Part shown: positions 13,271-24,900 of the stretch, piece after piece
Position numbering within the stretch: the first letter of the stretch is position 1
How the letters are laid out: each line of letters opens with the position of its first letter
Source: Perna viridis
Lineage: Eukaryota
Direction of reading: 5' to 3'
NCBI GenBank assembly: GCA_037379345.1
Contig: CM074516.1
Location: 25,296,001-25,360,000, forward strand
DNA length: 64,000 nt
Position numbers and translations under genes: made by a program
The notes under the pieces: model-generated
The model's database searches: none
What the model saw: only the letters and a program-made list of their open reading frames with translations
Told to the model about the DNA's origin: nothing

Positions 13271-14713
13271 GTTCATTGCCTCAAAGATAAACAGAATTTT
13301 CATTGCTGAAGGAAAGGATATTTTTAATACTTAGTTTTTTAAAAAAAACCACCGCTTAAAAAAATGCTTTTGGGATATCTATTTGTAGAAAAAAATTCTG
13401 TAGAGAATTTAGTAAGACTGCTTATGTGTTATGTGGACATTTATTCAAGAGAGTTCGAATAAACACAGAAATTCAATAACAATGTAATGTAACGATCAAT
13501 ATTTTATTGATGTTATACAAACATGTTATGCATGATTGAAAAATGAAAGCTAAAACAAAACAGAAATAGAACACAAACCCGAATCAACCATGGAAAACTT
13601 ATGTGACAATTTATATATCAAAATATAAGCTTTACTTTGATGTATTCATTACATATCTGTCGATGATGTCTTCAATACTCTCATCAATTCTCCAAATTTC
13701 GATTTATTAGCCCTACATTATCGAAGAAAGAAAGAAAGAAAACACACCCAGACTCCCAAAACAAAATTTAATGAAAGAAAAACTAAACAAAAAACCCAAG
13801 TACTTATAGTTATATAAACTAACAAAAAAATTAACCACGAAGTAAACAAAATTTTCTCTTTGTTATCGAAACTTTCTACTTCTTTACATTATATCAAATA
13901 ATACAGTGGAAAAACTAAAGATCCTAGAGTTTGTTCGGACAAAAATGTTAAAGCATATTTTAAAGTCCATTTCATCACTTACTGAAACATCCTTAAACCC
14001 ACGTATTCTACAGGAAGTTACGATATTTTGACAAACAGGAATAAGTTTACCACTTTCACAGTAGTCAAACAAGTTTGTTTTAAAAGTAAATCAGCTATTG
14101 AAATCATTGGAATACTTGCTATTCTCGTTATATTGCTATAGAGAACAGAAGCAGGGTTTTGCAACGAAGTTTATTGCAGCAAGTCATCTTTATCATCTTG
14201 GTCCTGCCTTACACAATAAGAAAGCCATAAACGGTCTAATGTGTACTAAGTTACGATTAATCATGTTCTTACTCGCAGCTTTGGTGAGAACTAACTACTG
14301 ACAATTCGAACCTAAACATGGTGCTTGCTTAATGGGTTTTAACGCATGTACTTTTGTTAATGGAAAAAAATATTTTTAAGAAATAGTACCATCAGCACAA
14401 TACCATACATATGCTGAACATGTTACTTGTATTTGCTTATGCACGTCATATTTATTTGGTCAATTGTTCAGTTATAAAGGATTTGTGTTTCACACGATTT
14501 CAGACGAGATTCTCTGTTTTTCTTCCCATACATTATTCCAAAGAAAACCTTTCCATGATTTACTGATTCATGATTCCATTATTTTTCTGGGTTAACATTA
14601 TAGCTTTGATTCATGTAAGGCATGACTATGAGGCCTTTGGTCACAAAGCAAATCCATTAAACGAAATATGGCCTTCTCTTTCTGACTCATAACATAAAAT
14701 GTGATGGAACTAA

Positions 14714-15190
14714 ACTCATACGTTATGGCAGAACTTGCCGAAACTACGCAGACTTATTGTATCGCGCTAGAATTCTAACAAATAGGCTTCTGGTGCAGGG
14801 TTATGTTGCTACAAGTTATCACTACAAAAGTTTTATGGTCGTCATCATGAACTCGTGGATCGCTACGGTGTAACCATCTGCGCTATGAAAACTGATTTGT
14901 TCAACGTGTCATAGTTTTCTCGTTTGTCTACCCCGGACTTGACTTTTTATGAGCAACTCGTCGGGTGTTTCTAGAAGAGCAGAGGACGCTGACCCTGCCG
15001 GTGCACCTGGTCCATGCTCCCATTTTTTTAGTGGAGTCCAAGTTGCTGATTCGGTTTTGTAACTTTGTATGTATGATTTTAGTCACTTTATGTTCTTTGT
15101 TGTGTATGTCTGTTTTCCATGTCTGGTCTATGTCCCTGGATTACATTCTTTTGATTACCGCTATAACCTTGCTTGATTACGCTTACTCTT
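14714..15190 (+). mobile_element. 5'-truncated Penelope-like (Naiad-type) retroelement flanked by a ~143-bp direct duplication
   Basis: RT C-terminus (..[23 protein letters not shown]) followed by the complete 3' module. Flanks 14571-14713 and 15190-15333 are diverged direct repeats. Confidence 0.85.
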
Positions 15191-15795
15191 GATTCTATTA
15201 TTTTTCTGGGTTAACGTTAGAGCTTTGACTCATGTAGGGCATGACTTTGAGGCCTTTGGTCTCAAAGCATATCCATTAAACGAAATATTGTCATTTCTTC
15301 CTGACTCATAACATAAAAAAGTGATGGAACTAAGTGGTAGAGTCTTTATTTGAGCAAAACATGCAAGTCTCATCCAAAATTATTTACTAATAGTTACAAC
15401 TTGATTTAATTGATGGGTACTTTGGACCTCGATTTAAGATAGAAAATCAGTCAGGAATGATAAATCTAATACCGTATATAGTTTGTATGTCAAGTTTAGA
15501 GTATATTTTCGTGAGCAATTAAAAATTGCTCTGTAAAATGTCGTAGGAGTAGTATTTATTTTATATCTTACTTCTCATGAGCACGATCAGAAGTCTATTC
15601 TGAATATTTTGAATCAATATACTAGCATTTCACATGATTAACACCAATAAATACATTGAAAATTTACCATGTAATGATATTTGTTTGTTGAGAAGTCTTT
15701 TATTATTCTGCTAACCTCAAATACAGAGAAACTTGTTATATGGAATTACTTTTAATTCCGACTCAGAAGACACTGAAAAGATCTACAAAAAACTG

Positions 15796-15799
<4 letters not shown>

Positions 15800-15881
<82 letters not shown>

Positions 15882-15893
15882 AATAATAATAAT
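15800..15893. repeat. (CA)n microsatellite (~40 units) followed by (AAT)n
   Basis: Directly visible. Confidence 0.98.
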
Positions 15894-17644
15894 TAAAAAA
15901 GGGACAAATACAGAACTCAGTCCCAAAGTGTTGATAGGATGTTGTCTGTAGACATTGCAAGTTAATAACCATTTGATAGAACCGGTTCTCTAAAAGATTA
16001 GGGCGTGTTTTTTTAAATCATCTAATAAGTCTACGAACTGCTTCTTGGTCGAGGATTTCTAGTCACAGCCAGAATTATTTATTGGAAATCTGTTTCCCTA
16101 TAAAAAATTCATATCGCTATTATTTCCAATTAAAATTGAACAAAAATAATGTATTGTGTCTGACTTCCTGTAAAACCATATTGCGAGGCTGCTAGTGTTT
16201 CGTTGATCAATACAATATCAAGAAAATCAAAATTTATAACCGCATTCTAATGCTTAACTTTTTGTCAAACTCAACATCTTGCTATGATTTAGAATTAGCA
16301 AGACAAGCTTTCGTTGAAATCACATTTCAACAGTAACAAAGAAAAGAGTAGTTAGAACATATTTCCCTTTGATGTAATAAATGTGTCAGCTTTACACAAT
16401 TTGTGTTTTTTTTCTTAAACATTTTCTGCAATATCAATATCTTAATGGTGTAAACTTAACAGCTTTATTTGATAATAGAAAAAAAGTATCAAACGTCAGT
16501 TAGGGGACAGTTCAGATATATCAAAATCCAAGTTTGTGACCTGACCGTCTTAACAGAAAGACCATCTACATACACAATTTAAAAAACTTAATACAATACA
16601 TTTACATATGAATTCTTAGGATAAAGAAAACAAAACAATACACAAAAAATAAAACCAAACAATCAAATGATATCGCCCTCTAAAAAAAAAGACGTGAAAA
16701 AAAACTGAATGCGACATCAAACGCTCCTTAAAGTAGAGCATGGCATACTCAGCTGGCGACGCCAATTACATTGCAAATGAGAAAAAATCCGCTGAAAAAG
16801 AATTCAACGAAGCGATTCACAGTTGGGCGATATTATTCAAATAAAAAAGTTTCATGATGTTAATGAAGTAATCAATTAGGAAATGATGAGAAAATATCTG
16901 CAATAGATGAAAGATATCATTATATTACATCGAACAATATAAACTAAGAACACTAAGCAGCTGACCTTGTTCTTGATATCACGTAGCAACAAATCATGCA
17001 AAACTCAATTGACCCAGCGTCTGAAACTTTCTTCAAAATCTTAAACTTATATTGTAAATCTAGTAACAATTACCTTCGCACCATTAAATATGAAGCCATA
17101 AGATAAAACAAAAAACATAAACAGACAAACAAACATACCAAAACACAAATATGAAAATACAATACAATAGCAAAATCTAAATAATTTCAACCAAGCAAAA
17201 AGCCATAACAACCCTGCAAAAAATTGTTCCAGTTCTGACATTTTACAATTTTATAAGTTGTATTTTTATACTTCATGTCAGTTTGTTGAACTTTGATTTC
17301 GTCAATACGAGGGTAATAGTCTGCTCTATCACATGGGTCAGAAGGTGTCTATTACCCTATTGTGAAAAGCTGAACTGGTTCTAGTAAAAATTAGGTACCA
17401 GGTCAATCTAAGTCACACATCTTATTGACATATGTGTTTGTAAGCAGGGAAACGGTCCACCACCGATACATTGAAAAAAGGTCCCAAAAGTGGTATCATC
17501 CACAATTTACGTTTACAGTTTCAATTGAATGCAAAATTTAAAGAAAATAAATAAATTTTAATGAGGAAAATAATAACAAAAGACAAACGTACAAAACTTA
17601 TTGTTAGGACTTACGTTAAAAAAAATGACATTTCGTATAATAAA

Positions 17645-17787
17645 ATAAATAACATATAGCTTAGAGGGTGATAGAGAGTCTGTTACCCCTTGAAAATACA
17701 CTGTCACCCTCGGCTACGTCACGGAGTGACAACGATTTATATGGGTAACAAACTACTCTATCACCCTTTTATCTATATGTTATTTAT
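17645..17787. mobile_element. Palindromic foldback MITE
   Basis: ATAAATAACATATAG..AGGGTGATAGAG..TGTTACCC..TGTCAC / GTGACA..GGGTAACA..CTCTATCACCCT..CTATATGTTATTTAT, with a central CTCGGCTACGTCACGGAG. Confidence 0.75.
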
Positions 17788-18316
17788 ATAGTATAACCCG
17801 GCCATCTCAAATAGACAAATTTAGAAGCAAAAGTATGCATGGCTTGAATTTTGATTTGACTCGTTTAATTCCATAAAACTAATCCTTTAAGTTGGCAAGT
17901 TGGTTAGAAAAGTTCAATTTTGTCCCCATGTAAAGTGTTTGTATGGAAAGACTTTTCAGTGTTGCATGATTAAACTTCAAACTTGTAAATTTTCAAATAT
18001 TTATAAAGATTCCTTTTACATGACCCCTTTCATTAGGTTCAAACATATTTCTTTGACAACAGGCTAATTAAATGGAAAGAGACAGTATCCAAGGACGACT
18101 AGATTTAACTTGTTTTACACATGAATTAAATGTTCTAGAGTTTTTGGTACGAATTGCCTTATTTGGTTATTCACGAATTTGATTGACAATAATATTTCAG
18201 AAGATGGTTTCGTATTGTTGTGGTCATTGAGTGTTTATATGAACATTAACCACACCATTTTATCCCCTTTTCAGAAAACCCCTTAAAATATGTCTGTTTT
18301 ACTGGTACGACTTCAG

Positions 18317-18349
<33 letters not shown>

Positions 18350-19915
18350 AGTGAAAGTTCCAGATGTCAACTGACAACATTTTGAAACATTAGGTATTGT
18401 GTTTCATAGCTGACGATATTATACATACCTTAGTAATCTAATAACTTCCAAATATACAGTCTCGCTAAGGATAACTTTAACCATTAATCTAAATTGCTGC
18501 CGGAAAACTTGACTTTGTCAAACGTTTCATTCCCCCGTAGGTTTTTGCCAATCTTGAACGTAGTGTTTTATGATTGAAACCACTCATTAGTTTGGTTACA
18601 GTGTCATCCTTGGAGACCAAGCCGATGATGAGAATTCGGTAGGTAGTTTATCTTTCTTAATCACGTTGTCATAGCCAGACTAATCGTGTGTTAACCGGGT
18701 TAGGTTTAGGTACAAAAGGTTGTGAAAAAGGCACGTAAAGTTGTACAAAAGAGCGTTAGATTGATGGATAAAACGTTTTTTAATTATAGTTCTACAAAGC
18801 GCATATTTGTATTTTTCATATGAGTTGTCCACTTGTTGTGGTACAGCCAACATTAAAAACAAAAAGAAAAAAAAGAAGAAGACGAAAAAACCAGTGAATT
18901 GAATAGTTATGAAAAAAGAAAAGAAAAGGTCATTTTCTTAATCGATGTTTCGAGTAGTATGTGGTTATCTGTTATAAGTACTTAAATAACAAAAGACAAT
19001 GAAGATGTATGACTATAAAGTCATAAATAATTTATAATTATACTTAAACTAAAATCAAGGTATCTTTTGAAATAATTATTGTTATACAATTGATTTTGTT
19101 TTCTCGAACTATAGTATGATCAATATTTAGCTTGACATCATAAAAACTTTTAATTGGAAAGATCATCTCATTTTTTTTCCAGTAATGTAACCTAAAGCTG
19201 GTACTGTATGTAAACTTTGAGATCACGTTCAAACTTTATGAAAAAAGACTTATATACATTATAGATGAATTTGTTTGGGGCAAACGTTGGCTCAGGAGGC
19301 ATTATTACAAAATCTACAAATATGAAAGACAATGTTCTGGTCCATACACCGTGTATTGAAGAAATTTAAGTCATTTGCTCATTTCTGTTTTCGTGTGTGA
19401 CAATCTTAAGTCTCTCTTCGTTGCATATTATTTCTGTCTCTGTGGTTACTGCCATATCTCTGTCATATTACTTCGTCTCTGTCACATAACATGCGAATAT
19501 TGAATTTCGTTTTGAAGTTTGTTTTACACTTGGTTCGCGTCAAACGTAGTCTAAAGGACAAATGAAAACAAGCACATGAGTGGCATAGTTTTATTTTTAA
19601 AAATCATGTCCTCTTCTTCGAAAAGATTCGAATGATCAATATGCATTGGTTCATAAATATTTATATTTAGATCAAAGTAAATGGAATGATGAACGATATG
19701 GTTACATTGACAATACATAAGGATGGTAAAATGCATTAATAAAAATATACGTCATTTTGAAGGTGCACTTTAACTATCATACACTGCAATTACACACCGA
19801 AAGTTTAAATTTGACAATAAAGACAAGTCAAAGGAGTCCATGCGACGACCAAGGAATGATTGATGGAAGGCCAGGACGGTACGTTGTTCTTTTAATACAG
19901 TGCTGAAACTTTTTG

Positions 19916-19987
19916 TCAATTTTTTCGCTGTTTCCTTAAATCCGCCAAACTGTTGTTTCGGAATGCATGAGGTTTTTGGGTGATAGA
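19916..19987 (-). CDS. Candidate alternative terminal exon 15 of the GRIK-like gene (SITQKPHAFRNNSLADLRKQRKN*)
   Basis: Strong acceptor gttatttctttctcag at 19988. In frame (phase 0) with the donor GAG|GTATGA at 21641 that overlaps the exon-14 stop. Confidence 0.5.
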   Translation of the reverse strand, partial: SITQKPHAFRNNSLADLRKQRKN

Positions 19988-21635
19988 CTGAGAAAGAAAT
20001 AACATCAAAGATTTAAATATGAATCAAATTTTTAAAGTTAGAAGGCATGGTAAAGAATACAAGAATTGCTAAGGATATTTCATACCTATTTCAGTTATTC
20101 GACCTGCTTCTTTTCGTTGTTGATAATATATAATATCTAAAATCAAGATGTGCATGGACTCCAACTATTACAAATATGTATGTTATTTATGACTGCGGTT
20201 TTAAAATGCTATGGAAAGTTTTGCATGAACACAACCATGTAATTCTTGGGTTACTCCTAAACCTATTAGTCATCAAATCAAAAAATCTTTTAAAAATCTG
20301 TAACATTTGTTAATCACATTCTTCAAAACTTGCTACTTCAGTCAGAAAGGAATATCAACCGGTGTCAGAAAAAATAATATCATAGCTGCCATCATAAAAA
20401 TCCGGATCCATGTTTCTGCTGGTTGTAAGTACCTTTTTCAAATTCTGAAAATTGAAATGAACTTTTTGTATAAACATGACAATGATCAACTGTAACATTT
20501 CATATGAAATCTTTCAACAGTTTACATGACAAATATTGATTTCATTTTACGTAATTTGCAAAGTTATCTCTCCAAATCAGATGTACAAAAGAAATCAAAC
20601 ATTATTATTTGAAATGAAGGTCAATGCATAATTGACGATATAGTATCATTGCCAGTGCATAAAACTGATAATATGCATAAATAAAAAGTAGATTTCTTTT
20701 GACAGTGGAATTTATCAATAAAACATTTGAACAGATTGATTTTACCAAGTTTTGACCAAGAAACTATGAACAGATTTTGAAATATTCTCACCAGCTTCAC
20801 ATATCCTTCTCAAAGAAGCCAAACAAACTATTTTTCTCCACCACTTCAAAAGAACCTTTAACAGGAACTCCAGCCAACCATCTGAAATATTGTCAAAAGT
20901 TTTATATATTTGAACTGGAGAGGGAAAGCAGACATGTCATTTACGATCACTATGCACATATTGGTATTATTTTATTTGTTTTTGGTTGTGACGCATTTTC
21001 AAAAATCGACAGTCAAAATAGTTTAAATTGTATAACAGAGACAATTCGAAATCCTTTGTGGATCTTGCGTTAGTTTCTGACTTTCTATCAACTTTACTAA
21101 AGCGTCTCAATGTTGATCATGTAAATTTAACATGAAAAAATCTCAGTCTTACTTACATTTGCTCTACATTTACGTATGTGTTCTGCGCTAGTTCATTATA
21201 AGACAAGGAAAATCTTTACAACATGTTTTAAAATGGTTTACTCAAAACATCTGCCAAATATAAATCAAACGATCAAACATCGAAATGTAAAGAGTTTTTG
21301 CGTGCATAGATGCACTTGCATATAAGATGAATAATTATTTATGCTTCGAGAGCGTGTATATCTATATGTACATTTTGCACCAAGAGGCCAACGTTAATCG
21401 ATTTTATTACAAAATATAGCCATAAAGTGTCAGCACAAATCGTATTAGCTCAAAAAGGAAGTCTGAATGATAGAGTTCACCATTATTTGTAGTTACTCTT
21501 CTTTTCAATTTAAAATCGATGAAAACCTGAAAAAAAACCTTTCATTCAATAACATGCGGAACTCTCTTCCTGTCACTGTCACGAAACAAGAAAGTATGTC
21601 TCAGATGCTTTATATATCAGTTTGAACAAAGGTTT

Positions 21636-21911
21636 TCATACCTCTTTTTCGCCATTGTACACGGGTAAATAGCCAGAACTGCCTGCAGCACGGCTACTCA
21701 CATCTCTTCGAATATGATTATTCGGCTGGTAGTGTATGGCTTGTAACTGCACTCCTCCATTAGGTAAAATGTCAGTTGGCTCTGATTCATCGATTACACA
21801 TGTCTGTGGAAACCTGTTATCGTTAGATCCCGCTTTTCGAATTTTCTTCGATGAACCGTGGCATTTCAAAGCAAAACGTAGTTCTTTAGCCATTTCTGAA
21901 CACATTGACTC
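21636..21911 (-). CDS. GRIK: GRIK-like exon 14 (cytoplasmic tail [17 protein letters not shown]...YNGEKEV*)
   Basis: Acceptor catttacag, phase 0. Similar to the GluK2 SFCSAMVEELRMSLKC segment. Stop TGA at 21638-21636. Confidence 0.9.
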   Translation of the reverse strand, partial: ESMCSEMAKELRFALKCHGSSKKIRKAGSNDNRFPQTCVIDESEPTDILPNGGVQLQAIHYQPNNHIRRDVSSRAAGSSGYLPVYNGEKEV

Positions 21912-24900
21912 CTGTAAATGACAAGGCAGCATAGTGTCATTCAAACTTAAAGACCATTTCCAATGCAACATAGATTTATAAGATACAATTTTTTTGATAC
22001 ATTATGGAAGCTTTCATGGGTTTAATACTACATTACATCTCAAACATCTGATGAACAATCATAAATAAGAAAGAACTATTTTGTCATAACCAGAAATATT
22101 CTAATAGTTATATTTAATGAGTCATACGTCAATGAATTTCAAAACCCGAAAATACATTATTTTAATTATTTGATGTGTAAGAAAATATCATAGAAAAAGA
22201 ATTAAGATTCCCTGACAGTGTCAACTGACGATATAGGATTTCAGCTTATTTATTTATTGTGCTTGTTTTCCGCCTCCAATTTCAAAGATGGAAATAAGAT
22301 AAATGAGTTTGTCGAAGTTAATGGAAAATTTCTCAGATCTACGTATTTGTTTCCTTATCTAAAATAAGTTTTCCATGGTTGTCAATTTGTGATGTTTTGC
22401 CTGCCTTTCTGAGAGATTTTCTTGCTTTCCTGATCGAAACATGGTAATAAAATCAACAAAACTGAGTGGAATAGTGACACGTTTCTAACACGGATGAACA
22501 CTAATCTGTCTTCATTGTCTATTGGTATCAGCTAATGTCAGACTAGCCAAAAGAAAGTCAATATGAATTTTATATTTGGAAATAGTATTTGAAATTATTT
22601 GACACACAGATACGGTCTGGTAGTTGATAATAGAATCAACGTATTGATGGATATCTTAAATAGGAAATCATTTGTGGGAACAGAAACACATTTCAAATGA
22701 GCAAGTTTTAGAATTTTACAGAATAATCTTACCCTATCTTCTTTTGCATTTTTTCTGGTTTTTACAATGAATTCTATAATAGCTACGATCACAGATAATG
22801 AAAGGCCACCCATCAGCACAACAAATATTCCACCAACATTGTACACTCCCAGAGGATTGGCTTTTCCTGCGGTGGTACCACTATTTTCTGCTTCACAGTT
22901 TTCCGTGCCAGTCCACCATTTATCGTAAAGGGCTTGAATTTTGCCCTCTTCTTGGAAATGTAAAATGGCCATGGAGAGTTTATCCCTCAGTGGAGATCCT
23001 ATAGTATATGATATATTATCAATAACCAGTACGGATTTAAAACCACGTGCTATGTATACAAAATGGACACCGCGAGACATTTTATACGTAATTGCAATGT
23101 ATGAAAATATGATTTACATTTACAAGATTGCGAATACAAATACATGTATTCTTTAAAAACAAATAGTGTCTATTAAAAAGTATCTGAAACATTTGAACAA
23201 CAAAAAATGTTGTTTTTCATTCCTTATCAAAACTATAAGTTTATTAATTTCCTAATAATACTTGCTGAAAATACGAACGATATGATGTATAACAAATATG
23301 ATGTATAAAGTAGCATGCTTTACCCATTGGTGTAGCCATTCCAAAACCTTTCGAATCGAGTAGACCGCCTACTTGCATGAGATTACAGTTTTGTTTAGTT
23401 ATATAGTCTATCCCCGTTGATTCCATGAAGAAAGCATATCCTCCTTCTTTCACTTTTTCTATACCCTCATCTCCTGATTTTGTCATCACAGTGTGCTCAT
23501 TTAGTTTCATGTAATTCCACATTCGTTGAAAAATTTCGAACTGAGAATTCTACATCAAAAGAAATTAAGTTTGATGAATTAACACGTCCCCAAACGAACT
23601 ATTACAATATGAAGATTAAGGTATTGTCTACATTTAAATTGAAAGTTAATGGTTCACTTTTGCATTTCGAATTATCCTTTGCCTTAAATCTTTTCACTCT
23701 ATTTGCTATAAAATAAAATAGCATTATTCAATCTGCCAAATGAACAAGACCAAATACTTTGAAATATAAACTACATCAACTGTGATATAATCTTTTAAGT
23801 GTGTGTTTTTAAACTATTGACCAAACATTACGACAAACGTGATGACTTTTCATTTAGAATTGTCAACTTTCCTTTCATCTGCGACAACATCCCTTCAGCA
23901 CCTGCGCATGGAGTGTTCATGTCACAACTCATAAGTTATGTCAGAGCTTTTTGTATCGCGCTAGAACTCTAAGAAATAGACTTCTGGAACAGGGTTATGT
24001 TGCTACAAGATTGAAGTCATCACTACAGAAGTTTTATGGTCGTCATCATGAACTCGTGGATCGTTATGGTGTATCCATCAGCACCATGAAATCAGATTTA
24101 TTCAACGTCATAGTTATCCTGTCCTCGTTTGTCTACCCCGAACTTGACTTTTTATGAGCAGCTCGGCGGGTGTTTCTAGAAAAGCAGAGGACGTTTACCC
24201 TAACGGTGGATCTGGTCCATGCTCACAGTTTTTAGTGGAGTCAGAGTTGCTCATTTGCTTTTGTTATTTTGTATGTATGATTTTATTTACTTCATGTTAT
24301 TTGTTGTGTATGTCTGTTTTCCATGTCTGGTCTTTGTCCCTGGATCACATTCTTTTGATTACCGCTATAACCTTGGTTCCCTTGATTACTCTTTTATAAA
24401 GCTGACATTTATAACCTGTTTGTCTACCATGTCGGTTTATGAACGTCAAAGATTTTAAATCCGCTCCCTTAACCTATGTAGCATGAAGCTGCTACATGTA
24501 CAAAAATATTCATTGGCACATGACAGAATATTCTAACCTTAAAGAATGCCATGGTAGTTCCGTCATGGCGAGTACCATATTTTATTTCAGTTTGTTTGGC
24601 TAAATCTTCAACGGTTTCAATAGGCGACACCATTCGCTCAATTGTCAAAAAGGCAGCTAGGTTAGCAGTATACGATGATATGATAATTAAAGTAAAAAAC
24701 CACCAAGTAGATCCAACAATTCTAGTCGAACACGCTCTTGGGTTAACGTCTGAACCTTGTTGCATAAGTGTTCCTATCGCAAACCAAAAACTATTAGATA
24801 GATTAAAAGTGTTCTCGACTGTATCGGAATCTGGAATGCATGGATGAGGGTTGTACCACTCGTACGGACTAAATCGTGCCAACACGAATATACTAAAACT

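Noticed and set aside
15733-15951. His-Thr repeat protein ORF; likewise Phe-rich ORFs at 4650, 25908 and 27993
   Set aside because: Translations of (CA)n, poly-A and (AAAC)n simple repeats.
22999-23323. Flip/flop-like duplicated S2 exon or R/G editing site
   Set aside because: The 325-nt intron has no second copy of the exon, and the junction codons are ATG-GGA (Met-Gly), not Arg.
24154-24254. SECIS element in the Naiad-type 3' UTR (some Naiads encode selenoproteins)
   Set aside because: The ATGA pairs Watson-Crick with TCAT rather than forming the GA/GA quartet, and no unpaired AA sits 11-13 nt downstream.
24154-24458. Recurring hydrophobic ORFs (also at 5344, 14965, 35650, 43193) that look like a membrane-protein family
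   Set aside because: They are translations of the T-rich non-coding 3' module of the Penelope-like repeat.
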